DNA from: Bacillota bacterium
GTDB taxonomy: Bacteria > Bacillota > Clostridia > Christensenellales > CAG-138
NCBI GenBank assembly: GCA_023458615.1
Contig: JAEWYV010000053.1
Span: 1-47,714, forward strand
Direction: 5' to 3'
DNA: 47,714 bases
Part shown: piece by piece, positions 24,245 through 33,831 of the stretch
Layout: each line of letters starts with the position of its first letter
How positions within the stretch are numbered: the stretch's first letter is position 1
Position numbers and translations under genes: made by a program
The notes under the pieces: generated by a model
What the model was told of the DNA's origin: nothing
The model's input: the letters and a program-made list of their open reading frames with translations, nothing else
Database searches by the model: none

Positions 24245-25948
24245 TTACGCCTTCGGCACGGAAACGGCCTTGCCGCTCTTGATCACGCGACCTGCTGCGT
24301 CGAGCTCGACCACCGTGATGGACTTGCCTGCCGCGCAGGTGATCTGCGTGGTGCCGGAAACCAGCGCCGTGTAGCCGACCACCTTGTCGCCGGTGCTCGG
24401 GTTGAAGTCGCCAATGCGGAACTTGAGCGTGGTATTCTCTGCTTCGGCATCGGTCACCGTGAGCACGGTGTCGCCGGATGCAGTGCCTGCCGCAGCCGTG
24501 ACGCCGAGCACACCGAGTGCGGCGTTGGCGTAGTCGATCGGGAAGGTCGCGCTGACCACCGCGTCGGTGTTGTCGTAGCGCACCATGACGAACGCCTCGC
24601 CAATGACCGGTTTGCCGTCGTAGCGCGCATATCCCTTGAAGACCGTCTGGTTTTCGAGGAACTTGACGTGCTCGGACGATTCGATCTTCTGCCCTTCGCG
24701 CTCGGAGAGCAGGTAGAGCGAACCAAATCCGCCGACGATCTCGTTGTCGTCGAGCAGTTCCAGCTCTTCGACCGTGCCGCCGATCACCGGGAACGTATTG
24801 TCGCCAGCGGTGAGCAGCGCGGCCGGGATGAACGCCAGCGCCTTGGCCTTGATATCCATGTGTGTGGCGCGGTTCATGACCCAGAAGGCTTTGCCGTCGG
24901 AGTAGAGCGGGTTTGCCGCGCCCAGCGCCTTGACCAGCGCAATGAAGAACGCTGCACCGGTGCTGTCGGCGATGTTGATCTTGATGATGTTGCTCTCATG
25001 CAGGTCGGTCCATGCGCGCGCGTTGGTTTCCCAGCTGGACGGCTGTGCGGTCTGGTTCAGGCGCGTCACGATCCCGATCGGCATCTTCACACCGGTGCCG
25101 AAGAGGATGGCGCGATCGAGGCCGAGGCCGATCGCCTTGCCGAGCGCGTCCATGATCTCCGCGCCAAGATTCAGGTCGCTGTCCTCCAGATACACGTTGG
25201 AGATCGGAATCCAGCCGCCGATCATGTAGCCGTCCACCTCGATCTGGTTCAGGGTCAGATCCAGCTCGTTGAGAGAGCCGACCGCCTCAATCCAGACCGC
25301 CTCCGGGATCGCGCCCATTATGTTCTGGCGCGCTTTGCCCTTGACGCGCTTGAGGTTGACGTGCTTGACGAGCTTGGAGTACTGCGTCATATTGTCGCGC
25401 AGCACCTCCAGCATGACATCGGGAATCGTCAGCGATGTATTGGTGACGGCGCGCGTCTGGCAGCTGGAGCGGATCTGCGTTAGGAAGGTTTTCACTTCCT
25501 CACGGGCGAAGAATGCCGAACGCTCCTCGTGGGACATGCCGTAAAATTTGGTCCTGGTTACCATGCCGGGTTCCTTTCTGCTCCGATTGTCCGGGAGCGC
25601 GGGTTTGTTCTCTGCCGGGGGTGCGCTGCGCTCGTCGAGCTGCTGCACCTCGGATTCAAGGCCGGAAACGACCTCGTCCAGACGCGTCTGTTCGGTTTCG
25701 TGCGCGGTGAGCTCTTGCTCCAGCGCCGCCTGTTCCGTCTCGATGGCGGTGGCTTCCTGCTCGACCGTATCGCGCTCTTCCTGCGTCGATTCCGCGTTGA
25801 GCTCGTTCAGCGCCGCCTCCGCCGCCTGTTCGCGGGTAACGAGTGCCGTCTGCCTTTCGTCCAGAGCGGAACGACGGCTGCGGTGGTTATCCGCCGCGGT
25901 CTCGGCCGCTTCCAATCTCTTTCGCAGCATTAGCTGTTTGAGTGCCAT
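24245..25948 (-). CDS. HK97-family major capsid protein with N-terminal coiled-coil delta region and C-terminal Ig-like extension
   Basis: 567 aa. Coiled-coil ALKQLMLRKRLEAAE...; central capsid fold region follows the protease. The C-terminal ~90 aa are beta-rich (TVLTVTDAEAENTTLKF...). Confidence 0.8.
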   Translation of the reverse strand: MALKQLMLRKRLEAAETAADNHRSRRSALDERQTALVTREQAAEAALNELNAESTQEERDTVEQEATAIETEQAALEQELTAHETEQTRLDEVVSGLESEVQQLDERSAPPAENKPALPDNRSRKEPGMVTRTKFYGMSHEERSAFFAREEVKTFLTQIRSSCQTRAVTNTSLTIPDVMLEVLRDNMTQYSKLVKHVNLKRVKGKARQNIMGAIPEAVWIEAVGSLNELDLTLNQIEVDGYMIGGWIPISNVYLEDSDLNLGAEIMDALGKAIGLGLDRAILFGTGVKMPIGIVTRLNQTAQPSSWETNARAWTDLHESNIIKINIADSTGAAFFIALVKALGAANPLYSDGKAFWVMNRATHMDIKAKALAFIPAALLTAGDNTFPVIGGTVEELELLDDNEIVGGFGSLYLLSEREGQKIESSEHVKFLENQTVFKGYARYDGKPVIGEAFVMVRYDNTDAVVSATFPIDYANAALGVLGVTAAAGTASGDTVLTVTDAEAENTTLKFRIGDFNPSTGDKVVGYTALVSGTTQITCAAGKSITVVELDAAGRVIKSGKAVSVPKA

Positions 25949-26520
25949 TGATGCATCCTCTCTTTCATGTTCTTCTTCCAGAATTCGAACGACTGCGCCA
26001 TGCGAAGCGACCGCGCAACCGCCTCGGTCTTTTCGTAAGCGGGGAACGTCACGATGGAGCCCTCGTAGAGCCTAACTTCCATGATCGTCCAGTGCTGCGA
26101 TCCGTCCGGATTGATCCGGTAGTCCTCGCGCAGGATATCGAAGCCGACGGAGCACTGCGACATATCCCCTCGCTGCACCCGCGCGTACAGGTTCATGGCG
26201 TCCTGATCCCGTTCGTTGATCTCCACGATGCCCTTGAGGCCGTAGTTGTCGATCGAAAGCGACAGCGTTCCGGCTTTTGTGCGCCCCAGCACCTTGGACA
26301 CGTCATGGTTGGCAAGGCACCGCACGTCCGCGGTGAGCGCGCTGTCGAACGCATGCGCGTCGAAGCTCTCGGTGGCTCCCGGCCACATCTCGTAGACGTC
26401 GCCAAACACGGCAAAATACGTTTCGATCGTTCTCTTACCGTCCAATTCCTCTGCGCGGAACTGCGACGGTTGAAAACTGCGAATCTGCCGCTCCATGCCG
26501 CGTGTATTAGCTTCCGCCAT
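25930..26520 (-). CDS. HK97-family prohead protease
   Basis: Start chosen at ATG 26520 behind AAGGAGAA (the longer ORF overlaps the portal gene). IETYFAVFGDVY...LANHD...GTLSL matches the prohead protease pattern. Confidence 0.75.
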   Translation of the reverse strand: MAEANTRGMERQIRSFQPSQFRAEELDGKRTIETYFAVFGDVYEMWPGATESFDAHAFDSALTADVRCLANHDVSKVLGRTKAGTLSLSIDNYGLKGIVEINERDQDAMNLYARVQRGDMSQCSVGFDILREDYRINPDGSQHWTIMEVRLYEGSIVTFPAYEKTEAVARSLRMAQSFEFWKKNMKERMHQWHSNS

Positions 26521-27709
26521 CCCCGTTTTCTCCTTTCTTGCCGGACGATTCCAGCTTCTTTTGGTCACCGATTTTGGAATACGGAATGTAGTTTTCCAGA
26601 ACGGCCAGTTCGGATAACCCATCCCTTGGGTCGTAACCCAGCGCATCTCGGGCTTCGTTTCGGTCAATGATGGCTCGGTCCACCAGATTGCAGTTCACTT
26701 CGCCCAACTCTGTGATGGAGTACGCATACAGTGAGCGCGGGTTGAACCGGAAATACCAGTTCGGGGAAACGAGCAGTTTGCGTGTCAGCTCCTGTTCGAT
26801 TGCCCGTGCTATCGGTAGCACGACAATGCGAATGAAGGCGTTGAACTCATCCTGGTCAAACTTCCCGACGCCCACTAAAAAAGGCGGCACGCCAATGATG
26901 GCTGCTGCCGTCCGTTTGTCGAGATTGATGCTGTCGATGATCGCGAGGTCGTTGAGGTTCAGTGGCGCGACCTTCTCAATGGCAAACGCCTCCGCCGGAA
27001 TGAACCACGGCTGCCCATGCTCGGAACTGCTCAGGTATTGTTCCGAGAGCTTCCTGCGCCCTTCCGGAGAGGCAAACTCTTCGGTCAGCCCGTCCACCTT
27101 GACGATGATCGACGGCGCGGGGCTTTCCATGAGCGCTGCAGCGGTGGTTCTTGCCCGCGCCAGCTGTTTTGCCACGTTCTTGAGCAAGACCGCATATCCC
27201 AGCCCGCGCCACGGATGCTCCGGGTCGGGGTTGAGGACGAAGTGCAGCACCTCGTCGTGGTCGAACCGCTCTCCGCGAATCAGAAGATCATACCCATATT
27301 CATGATCAAGGATGGAGTACTTGCTCCGCGCAAGCGGTTCGATATCGTCCAGCAGGTTTCCGCGGTAGTGTGGAATCTGTACGCTGTTGCCACCGATGAT
27401 CATGTCCTTTACGATGGTTTCCACCCATGCTTTTCGGGTGATGTATTTGCAGGGCGTGATGTCCACTTTGCGGGAGAGCTCGTTCTTGATCCGCTTGTCG
27501 CCATCCCGCGCGTTTTCCATGAGGTGGATCGTCATGGAGCTGACCAGATCGGCAATGCGCTGGATCGCGGTCTGGATTTCGGGGTTCTCGCTCAGCGGCG
27601 TGTACCCGGTTAAAAGACCGTAGGTCTCCGGTGAACAGAGCCATGTCAAGCCGCTGAACGTCCGCTGCTCGTTGGGCGCGCGCGCTTTGCGCGCTTGCTT
27701 CTTTGCCAT
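26507..27709 (-). CDS. Portal protein (HK97 family)
   Basis: Start at ATG 27709 behind GGAGGAAG. About 400 aa, between terminase and protease. Confidence 0.8.
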   Translation of the reverse strand: MAKKQARKARAPNEQRTFSGLTWLCSPETYGLLTGYTPLSENPEIQTAIQRIADLVSSMTIHLMENARDGDKRIKNELSRKVDITPCKYITRKAWVETIVKDMIIGGNSVQIPHYRGNLLDDIEPLARSKYSILDHEYGYDLLIRGERFDHDEVLHFVLNPDPEHPWRGLGYAVLLKNVAKQLARARTTAAALMESPAPSIIVKVDGLTEEFASPEGRRKLSEQYLSSSEHGQPWFIPAEAFAIEKVAPLNLNDLAIIDSINLDKRTAAAIIGVPPFLVGVGKFDQDEFNAFIRIVVLPIARAIEQELTRKLLVSPNWYFRFNPRSLYAYSITELGEVNCNLVDRAIIDRNEARDALGYDPRDGLSELAVLENYIPYSKIGDQKKLESSGKKGENGDGGS

Positions 27710-27711
27710 TC

Positions 27712-29445
27712 TTATTCTTCCTCCAGCCATTTCTGGGCTTTGCGACTGCGCTCCAGCGATTCCAGCATCCTCACACAGGCGAACACCGACGCGTCGAACA
27801 CGTCGATCCTCTGCTCCGGCTCGATCTTGTCGTACTGGATCATGTCGTCCGTCTTTTCGATCGCATGCACGTTTTGCACACAGTACTCGAACGGAGCGGC
27901 GTGGCAGTAGTACAGCTGCCCGTTCTTCGCCTTGACTTCGATGTGCCGGAATCCTTCCGACTTTTTGTAGAAATACTGCGGTTGGTCAAACACCTTGAAT
28001 CCCGCCGTCTTCATGCCGATGAAATACTCGCGGCAGAACTTTCGGTCGTGCCCGATCTCCGCGATGTTAAAACCGGAAGACCGCATCTGATTGAACCAGT
28101 TGACAACCTCCGCATGGTTCACCGTGGGGTTGTTGCTCATGGTGAGCCAGCCGTCGTCCTTCCAGCCAAAGAGCGGGATATTGTCCTCGTCCGCTTTCTT
28201 GTACGCCGCTGTGATGGGAAACCAGCAGTGCGAGACGATGATGTCCACGTCCTTGTAACTGCCGTACAGCGCCGCGGTGGTCAGATCGTGCAGCCGTGAG
28301 AGGTCGGCCCCGCCGTACCACTTGACCGGGAGCTTGGCAAGCTCGGCCAGTGTCCAGCCATACTTCGCGTCACTCCTGCGGAACTCCTCCACGTCGAAAT
28401 ATGCCTTCATGGCCGAAGTGAAGATGTTCAGGCGCTTGGCTAAGAAGTCCTTTCTCTGCTGCGGATCGTTCTGTGCCTGAATGGAATCGTCCATGATCTC
28501 CGCCGGGCGGATGGACACGCCGTAGTTCGGGTTCGCTTTTTCCTGCTCGATTGCGCTGGTGTAGTCTACGTCGCCGTGCTCGTCCTCGTCCGCCTTGCAG
28601 ATGAAGATGAACAGCTGCTCGTCCGGGCAGGTACGGTTTAGCACCCGCCTGCAATATTGCAGCCGCTGATAACAAAACCCGGTCGGGTTGTCGCCGCCGG
28701 TCGTAATCCCGATGCAAAGGCGGTTACTGTACGCCTTGCCCGATTCTTTGATGACGTTGTACTGCTTCGCGCTCTTGTACGCGTGCAGCTCGTCGCAGAT
28801 CTGGATATTCGCCACCAGCGAGTCCTGCTTGTCGGGGTTGGCCGCAAGCGCCTCGATCCGGAGCGAACCGGTGACGCGCCCTTTGTCAAAGAACGTGCGC
28901 GCAATCGAGTGCTCGGCGTTGTTGTCCAGCACCCTAAACTTCCGCAGTTCGCCCATCTGATCCAGATTGAACAGGATATGGTCGAACGCCTGCCGCGCCT
29001 GTTTGAGCGCAGCTCCCACGATGTAGATGCGCGATCCGCTCCTGCGCTCCAGAAACGCCAGCGCCAGTGCCAGCGCTGCGGCGAACGGGGTCTTGCCATT
29101 CTTCCGGGCAATAAAAAGGAACGCCTCTTTAAAGCGGCGCTCCTTCGTTCCCTTGAGTCGGAACCCAAGCAGGTTGTAGACGATGAACTTCTCCCAAGGT
29201 TCGAGCAACAACGGTTTTCCCAGCAGCGGCTCGCCCCGGATCGATTCACCCTCCTTGTGGGACACGCATGTTTCGATGAACCGGATCACAAACTCCGGGT
29301 CTTTGCAGTCCAGTTCGTAGGCCGGATTCTCCAGATCGCGGAAGAACCGCTCGCACTCCTGCACCTTTTCCTTACACGCGATCTTCCGGCCTTCTACGAT
29401 GCTCCGGGCATATTCGACAACAACGTCATATCCGGTCGGCTTCAT
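27712..29445 (-). CDS. Terminase large subunit
   Basis: 577 aa; Walker A ARKNGKT, Walker B-like ICDELH; C-terminal nuclease region; synteny. Confidence 0.9.
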   Translation of the reverse strand: MKPTGYDVVVEYARSIVEGRKIACKEKVQECERFFRDLENPAYELDCKDPEFVIRFIETCVSHKEGESIRGEPLLGKPLLLEPWEKFIVYNLLGFRLKGTKERRFKEAFLFIARKNGKTPFAAALALALAFLERRSGSRIYIVGAALKQARQAFDHILFNLDQMGELRKFRVLDNNAEHSIARTFFDKGRVTGSLRIEALAANPDKQDSLVANIQICDELHAYKSAKQYNVIKESGKAYSNRLCIGITTGGDNPTGFCYQRLQYCRRVLNRTCPDEQLFIFICKADEDEHGDVDYTSAIEQEKANPNYGVSIRPAEIMDDSIQAQNDPQQRKDFLAKRLNIFTSAMKAYFDVEEFRRSDAKYGWTLAELAKLPVKWYGGADLSRLHDLTTAALYGSYKDVDIIVSHCWFPITAAYKKADEDNIPLFGWKDDGWLTMSNNPTVNHAEVVNWFNQMRSSGFNIAEIGHDRKFCREYFIGMKTAGFKVFDQPQYFYKKSEGFRHIEVKAKNGQLYYCHAAPFEYCVQNVHAIEKTDDMIQYDKIEPEQRIDVFDASVFACVRMLESLERSRKAQKWLEEE

Positions 29446-29791
29446 CTAAAAACTGGTCTAGCTTGGACTGACCCGTTCCGCCGTCACCGGTCGCACGTCT
29501 TGCCGACGGGTCAACCTGACCGAGGTACTGTTTCCCCAGCCAAATCGCCATACTGGGGTTGCGCTCCGCCAGCTTAAACTGCGAACGCAAAAGAGACGCT
29601 TTCCCATATGCCCGGAAGTGGGATTGCATCTCTTCAAAGGTCTGTTTGTATTTCTCCCGTACAAGGCGATCCAGCGTCTTTTCCGAAACGTCCATAACGG
29701 CGCAAATATCCGCCTTCGAACACTGGATTTTGCAGAGGGCTTCGAACTGCTCAAAGTCCCTGTTCGTCCATGTTTTTGGGGGTCTGGGCAT
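29426..29791 (-). CDS. Terminase small subunit
   Basis: Start at ATG 29791 behind AGGAGGG. MPRPPKTWTNRDFEQFEALC... with an HTH-like segment. Overlaps the large subunit start. Confidence 0.7.
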   Translation of the reverse strand: MPRPPKTWTNRDFEQFEALCKIQCSKADICAVMDVSEKTLDRLVREKYKQTFEEMQSHFRAYGKASLLRSQFKLAERNPSMAIWLGKQYLGQVDPSARRATGDGGTGQSKLDQFLDEADRI

Positions 29792-29917
29792 GTTCTTTCG
29801 CCCTCCTTTCTTCAGGGAGTTTTTCCCTGTACCCCCTTTTATTTTCGCGCACACTTGGAAGAGGGGATGGCCCCTGGTAGCAAAAGAGTGCTGCCGAATT
29901 GCCTTGACCGGGGGGGA

Positions 29918-30160
29918 TCAATGCCTGCCGCCCTTCTCCGGGTGTCGCTTACTGTGGCACTTATGGCAGAGCGCGATCCCGTTGCTTAAGCTGTACGCAA
30001 GGTCCGGTCGCTCTGTGATTGGTTCGATATGGTGCGCTACCTCTGCCGGTACCATGCGTCCGTATCGCTTGCAGTCCTGACAGAGGTGCTTGTCCCTGCG
30101 CATGACCGCTGCCGACCAATCACGGTGCCGCTGTTTGTTGTACGCAGGGTTTGCGGACAT
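29918..30160 (-). CDS. HNH endonuclease (terminase-associated)
   Basis: CQDC...AHHIEP...NGIALCHKCHSKRH; located just upstream of the terminase genes, as in cos-type HK97-like phages. Confidence 0.85.
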   Translation of the reverse strand: MSANPAYNKQRHRDWSAAVMRRDKHLCQDCKRYGRMVPAEVAHHIEPITERPDLAYSLSNGIALCHKCHSKRHPEKGGRH

Positions 30161-30305
30161 TTGTTATTCCTCAAGTTGTGTTTAGCACTCGCATTCTCTA
30201 CAATCTAGGACGATAATAGGGTAAAGACATCGTTATTGTTGGTCATTGGCAATTGTCGCCTTTCTCCCAACATTTAGACGATGCCTTTTTTTATTTTCGA
30301 AAAAA

Positions 30306-31475
30306 TCAAATCAGCATCGCCGTTTCCCCGGTGAACTTCTCCCACCGGTCGATGATGACGTCAACATATCGCGCGTCTTTCTCCATACAGTAGCAGGTGC
30401 GTCCGTTTTGCTCCGCTGCGATGATACTTGTGCCCGAACCGCCGAAGAGGTCCAGCACCACGTCGCCACCCTTGGTGTTGTTCTGCATCTGATAGTCGAA
30501 CAGCGGAATCGGTTTCATGGTCGGGTGCTCCTTGCTGCGCGTCGGCCGGTCGAACTCCAGCACGGTCGTCTGCTTGCGGTCGCTTGCCCAGAGGTGGCCT
30601 GCGCCTTCCTTCCATCCGTAGAGGCACGGCTCGTGCTTCCACTGATAGTCCTGCCGTCCCATGACCATGCTGTTCTTCACCCAGATCAGGCACTGGCGCA
30701 CGGTCAGCCCTGCCTCCTGCGCCGCTGCACGGAAGATGTATCCGTTCGAGTCTGCGTGCCAGATATAGAACACCGCGCCCAGCTTCATGTGTTCCTGCGC
30801 GTTGGTGAACGCCTGCACAAGAAAACTGAGGAACGAATCGTCCGACTGCACGTCGTTTTCGATGGTCAGCTCCTCCTTCGTCTTGCCCTTGTAGTCCACG
30901 TTATATGGTGGATCGGTCAACATCAAATCCGCCTGCGCGCCGTCCATGAGGAGCGCAACGTCCTCCGCGTTAGTACTATCCCCGCACATGAGGCGATGTC
31001 GACCGAGGCGATAGACCTGCCCTGCCATACTCTTTGGTGTGGTCGGCAGTTCCGGCTCATAACCGTCATCCACGGCTTCCTGCTCCAGCTCCGGCAGATC
31101 AAACCCGGTGAGCGTTACATCAAAGCCAAGATCATCCAGAAACTTCAGTTCTTCATTGAGCAGACCGATATCCCACGTTGCGTGTTCCGCGAGGTGATTG
31201 TCCGCCAGCATATACGCGCGACGCTGTGCTTCTGTCAGGTGTTCCACGAAGATGCACGGCACAGCGGTCATGCCCTCCGCGATTGCCGCGGCAAGCCGCC
31301 CGTGTCCAGCGATGATCTTTCTATCCTTATCGATCAGCAGCGGATTGACGAAGCCAAACTCACGCAGCGAGCGCCGCAGTTCCATGATCTGTTCATCGCT
31401 GTGCTTTCGGGCGTTGCGTTCGTCCGGCTTGATCTCGGCGACCGGAACTATATCGAATTTGTTGGTAATTTGCAT
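30306..31475 (-). CDS. ParB-like nuclease domain fused to N6/N4 DNA methyltransferase
   Basis: N-terminal ERNARKHSDEQIMELRRSLREFGFVNPLLI...GHGRL (ParB/Srx fold); TDPPYN catalytic motif; C-terminal FGGSGT SAM motif. Confidence 0.85.
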   Translation of the reverse strand: MQITNKFDIVPVAEIKPDERNARKHSDEQIMELRRSLREFGFVNPLLIDKDRKIIAGHGRLAAAIAEGMTAVPCIFVEHLTEAQRRAYMLADNHLAEHATWDIGLLNEELKFLDDLGFDVTLTGFDLPELEQEAVDDGYEPELPTTPKSMAGQVYRLGRHRLMCGDSTNAEDVALLMDGAQADLMLTDPPYNVDYKGKTKEELTIENDVQSDDSFLSFLVQAFTNAQEHMKLGAVFYIWHADSNGYIFRAAAQEAGLTVRQCLIWVKNSMVMGRQDYQWKHEPCLYGWKEGAGHLWASDRKQTTVLEFDRPTRSKEHPTMKPIPLFDYQMQNNTKGGDVVLDLFGGSGTSIIAAEQNGRTCYCMEKDARYVDVIIDRWEKFTGETAMLI

Positions 31476-31679
31476 GTGGCCTCCAAAACGAAAAATGACG
31501 CCCGCTGGCGTCGAAAAGATATTGAGATCAACTTTGTCTCAGCTTGGTCTCTGTAAATATTGATAATATCATTTTATCAAGTTAATACGGTTATAATCGG
31601 ACATTTTTATGATATACATTTTAAATGCAATTGTTAATATGATTACTAACTTTTTCAGCTCTAAAGTCGATATAACCTA

Positions 31680-31708
31680 TTGTTCCAAACCGCGAGATTA
31701 TCTATAAT
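31680..31708 (+). promoter_or_regulatory. Putative promoter of the lipoprotein moron
   Basis: TTGTTC, 17 nt, TATAAT (31703-31708); GGAGGA SD before the ATG at 31740. Confidence 0.4.
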
Positions 31709-31739
31709 AACTGTATGTCACTGATTAAGTGGAGGAATC

Positions 31740-32513
31740 ATGAAACACATCAATCATCTAATTAGAACTATTCTAGTAAGTGCGATTACATTTAGTTTTT
31801 TTCTTTCCCTCGCATGTGCGCCAGGAAGTATGACTGCAAGCGCAACAACGCCGGAACCAACGTCGACGGCGACAGCAACACCCACACCAGAGCCGACGCC
31901 AACGCCAACGCCAGCTGCAACACCAACACCTACTCCCATGCCTGAGTTGACTTATGAGCAAAAAAAGGCATTGTTAGGAATAAACGATGATATGACGCCT
32001 CAAATTGTAGGAACTCTTTACTGTTATAATATAACCTTTAACAATGAAAGTGGAAGAATATGGTGTGTTTCATATACGAATGAAAACGATCCAAATAAGT
32101 ATGAAATGTATAGTGTTTGTAATAGAGAATATTTATTCACACTCCAGCTTCCAGCAGGTGCTACTGGAATATTTGAATATTCGAAATATCTATTCGAATC
32201 AAGTAAGAATCTAAGAAATCTGGTATTGGTAAATTCAACCGCCATAGCTGATATGGCATCGACTTATGATATCTGGAACATTGATTATAATAACAATGGA
32301 TTTTTAAAGAATTTACAGGAGAAAACTAACCAAGACTGGGAAGCAGTTCTATATACACTTCTTTCAAAAGAGCAAATTGTCGACTTGATTATTGATTCTA
32401 CACCGCAAGATGAAATCATACCATTTTGGGTGTATACCCCCGGAGCACAAATTCCAGAAGAGTTAAAAGGAATCTACAGTGAAGAAGATTATCCACCTGC
32501 ACCAGCAGAGTAA
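31740..32513 (+). CDS. Secreted/lipoprotein-like moron protein with Thr/Pro-rich linker
   Basis: Signal-like N-terminus ending ...LSLAC, then TPEPTSTATATPTPEPTPTPTPAATPTPTP. AT-rich body, opposite orientation to the phage genes. Confidence 0.6.
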   Translation: MKHINHLIRTILVSAITFSFFLSLACAPGSMTASATTPEPTSTATATPTPEPTPTPTPAATPTPTPMPELTYEQKKALLGINDDMTPQIVGTLYCYNITFNNESGRIWCVSYTNENDPNKYEMYSVCNREYLFTLQLPAGATGIFEYSKYLFESSKNLRNLVLVNSTAIADMASTYDIWNIDYNNNGFLKNLQEKTNQDWEAVLYTLLSKEQIVDLIIDSTPQDEIIPFWVYTPGAQIPEELKGIYSEEDYPPAPAE

Positions 32514-32577
32514 CGGAAGGTATAGATAACTTAAAGCGATAAATCATCTTACTATAATCTTGCTTATAGGAGGAACC

Positions 32578-33330
32578 ATGACCCACAGCACTCGTACATT
32601 CGCCCTCGTGCTCGTAATTCTGTTCGTATGCACTGCAGGCCTCTTCGCCTGTGCCTCAGCAAACGAGGCGATTCTCGTTAACACGCCGGAACCAACGCCG
32701 ACGGCGACAGCAACACCCACACCAGAGCCGACGCCAACGCCAACTCCGGTTCCAACAACGCAAGCAGAATATGAAGAAGAATATTCAAAATTGGGGATGA
32801 TTGATTCGAATAGAGTTATACCAGGTATTAATCTGAAATTGATAGTATTTAAAACTATAGATAACTGTTATCGAATGGCATTTGGTATATCAACGGTTAA
32901 TAAATATGATAACGGAGGATCTCTTTATGATTTATTTAGTGGAGAAAAATTATTTACTTTTGATAAAAACAGTTTCCCTGCTATTTTAGATAAGCATTCA
33001 GTGGATACTGTAGCTCCTTACAATGAATCCTTGTTGCAAGCGACTTTTATTCGTTTAAGCACTCCATTAAATCAACTTCTTGATTTTCCAGAATTAGGTA
33101 TAGATTTTCCTTTGAGCCGAGAATTGTATGATATATTTGCAGCAGATGATGAAGCAGTTTTTTCTAAACAAGAACTAGGAGACATATTTCTAAAATATAT
33201 TCCGAAAGAATATAGAATGTATGGAGTGGACCTCATTCCTGGAAATCCTAATATGAGGATGACAACTTATCCAGGCCCAACAGTCAGTCCAAGCCCTAAC
33301 CCTACTTCCACAATTTCCCCTGAAAAATAA
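32578..33330 (+). CDS. Paralogous secreted/lipoprotein-like moron protein
   Basis: ATG 32578 behind AGGAGG. Signal-like N-terminus ...GLFAC, same TPEPTPTATATPTPEPTPTPTP linker (62-nt near-identical DNA stretch), divergent C-domain. Confidence 0.6.
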   Translation: MTHSTRTFALVLVILFVCTAGLFACASANEAILVNTPEPTPTATATPTPEPTPTPTPVPTTQAEYEEEYSKLGMIDSNRVIPGINLKLIVFKTIDNCYRMAFGISTVNKYDNGGSLYDLFSGEKLFTFDKNSFPAILDKHSVDTVAPYNESLLQATFIRLSTPLNQLLDFPELGIDFPLSRELYDIFAADDEAVFSKQELGDIFLKYIPKEYRMYGVDLIPGNPNMRMTTYPGPTVSPSPNPTSTISPEK

Positions 33331-33442
33331 TATAGAGAAACCGCTTGCTACATATAGAATTTGGCATAGAACACCTGATTATCCACCAATATCTGCAGAG
33401 TAGACAGAGAATTTAGCCATATCCAGTAGAAGGCCTTTTTCA

Positions 33443-33814
33443 TCAAATTTTACACAGCCTTCTACAATATCTTTCGCAGTAGTGTAACTTCTTTGATACT
33501 CTCTCCCAGCATAAGCCCTCCACATACCTGAGCCTCAACACCTTCTCCTGATTCTCCGGCAGCTTCGCCAACTCCGTATCCACGCCGACGAGCTGCTTCT
33601 CCAGCGCAATCATCTCGCCGGTCAACTCCCGCTCCAGCTCGTCCAGCTCCGCAGCATACTCCGCCAGCCGGTCGCGCGTCGGATCACTCCGGCCACACTC
33701 ACCAAGTTGGCGTTGGTTGTACTCCGCGCGGGAACGAAGCCGCTCGATGCGCTCCTGCAACGCTTCCACACGCAGCTTCTGGCGACGCACATTTTTTAGG
33801 TCATCTATCGTCAT
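33443..33814 (-). CDS. Sigma-70 region-4-like HTH protein (putative late-gene activator)
   Basis: Start at ATG 33814 behind AAAGGAGAA. LPENQEKVLRLRYVEGLCWERVSKKLHY resembles sigma region 4. Precedes the packaging module apart from the moron and methylase. Confidence 0.5.
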   Translation of the reverse strand: MTIDDLKNVRRQKLRVEALQERIERLRSRAEYNQRQLGECGRSDPTRDRLAEYAAELDELERELTGEMIALEKQLVGVDTELAKLPENQEKVLRLRYVEGLCWERVSKKLHYCERYCRRLCKI

Positions 33815-33831
33815 ATCGTTTTCTCCTTTCG

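Noticed and set aside
24080-25483. 467-aa plus-strand ORF (also 24930-25229, 25269-25544, 25529-26075 and 25942-26670) opposite the capsid and protease genes.
   Set aside because: Entirely antisense to strongly recognisable HK97-type capsid and protease genes. The composition is Arg/His/Ala/Val-rich, typical of shadow frames in GC-rich DNA, with no SD.
28657-29577. 306-aa plus-strand ORF and other ORFs overlapping the terminase genes (27703-28299, 28638-29249, etc.).
   Set aside because: Shadow frames of the terminase large subunit, with no SD and no motifs.
30246-31556. 436-aa plus-strand ORF opposite the ParB-methylase gene.
   Set aside because: Shadow ORF of a gene with clear ParB and DPPY methylase motifs; Arg/His/Leu-rich with no recognisable motif.
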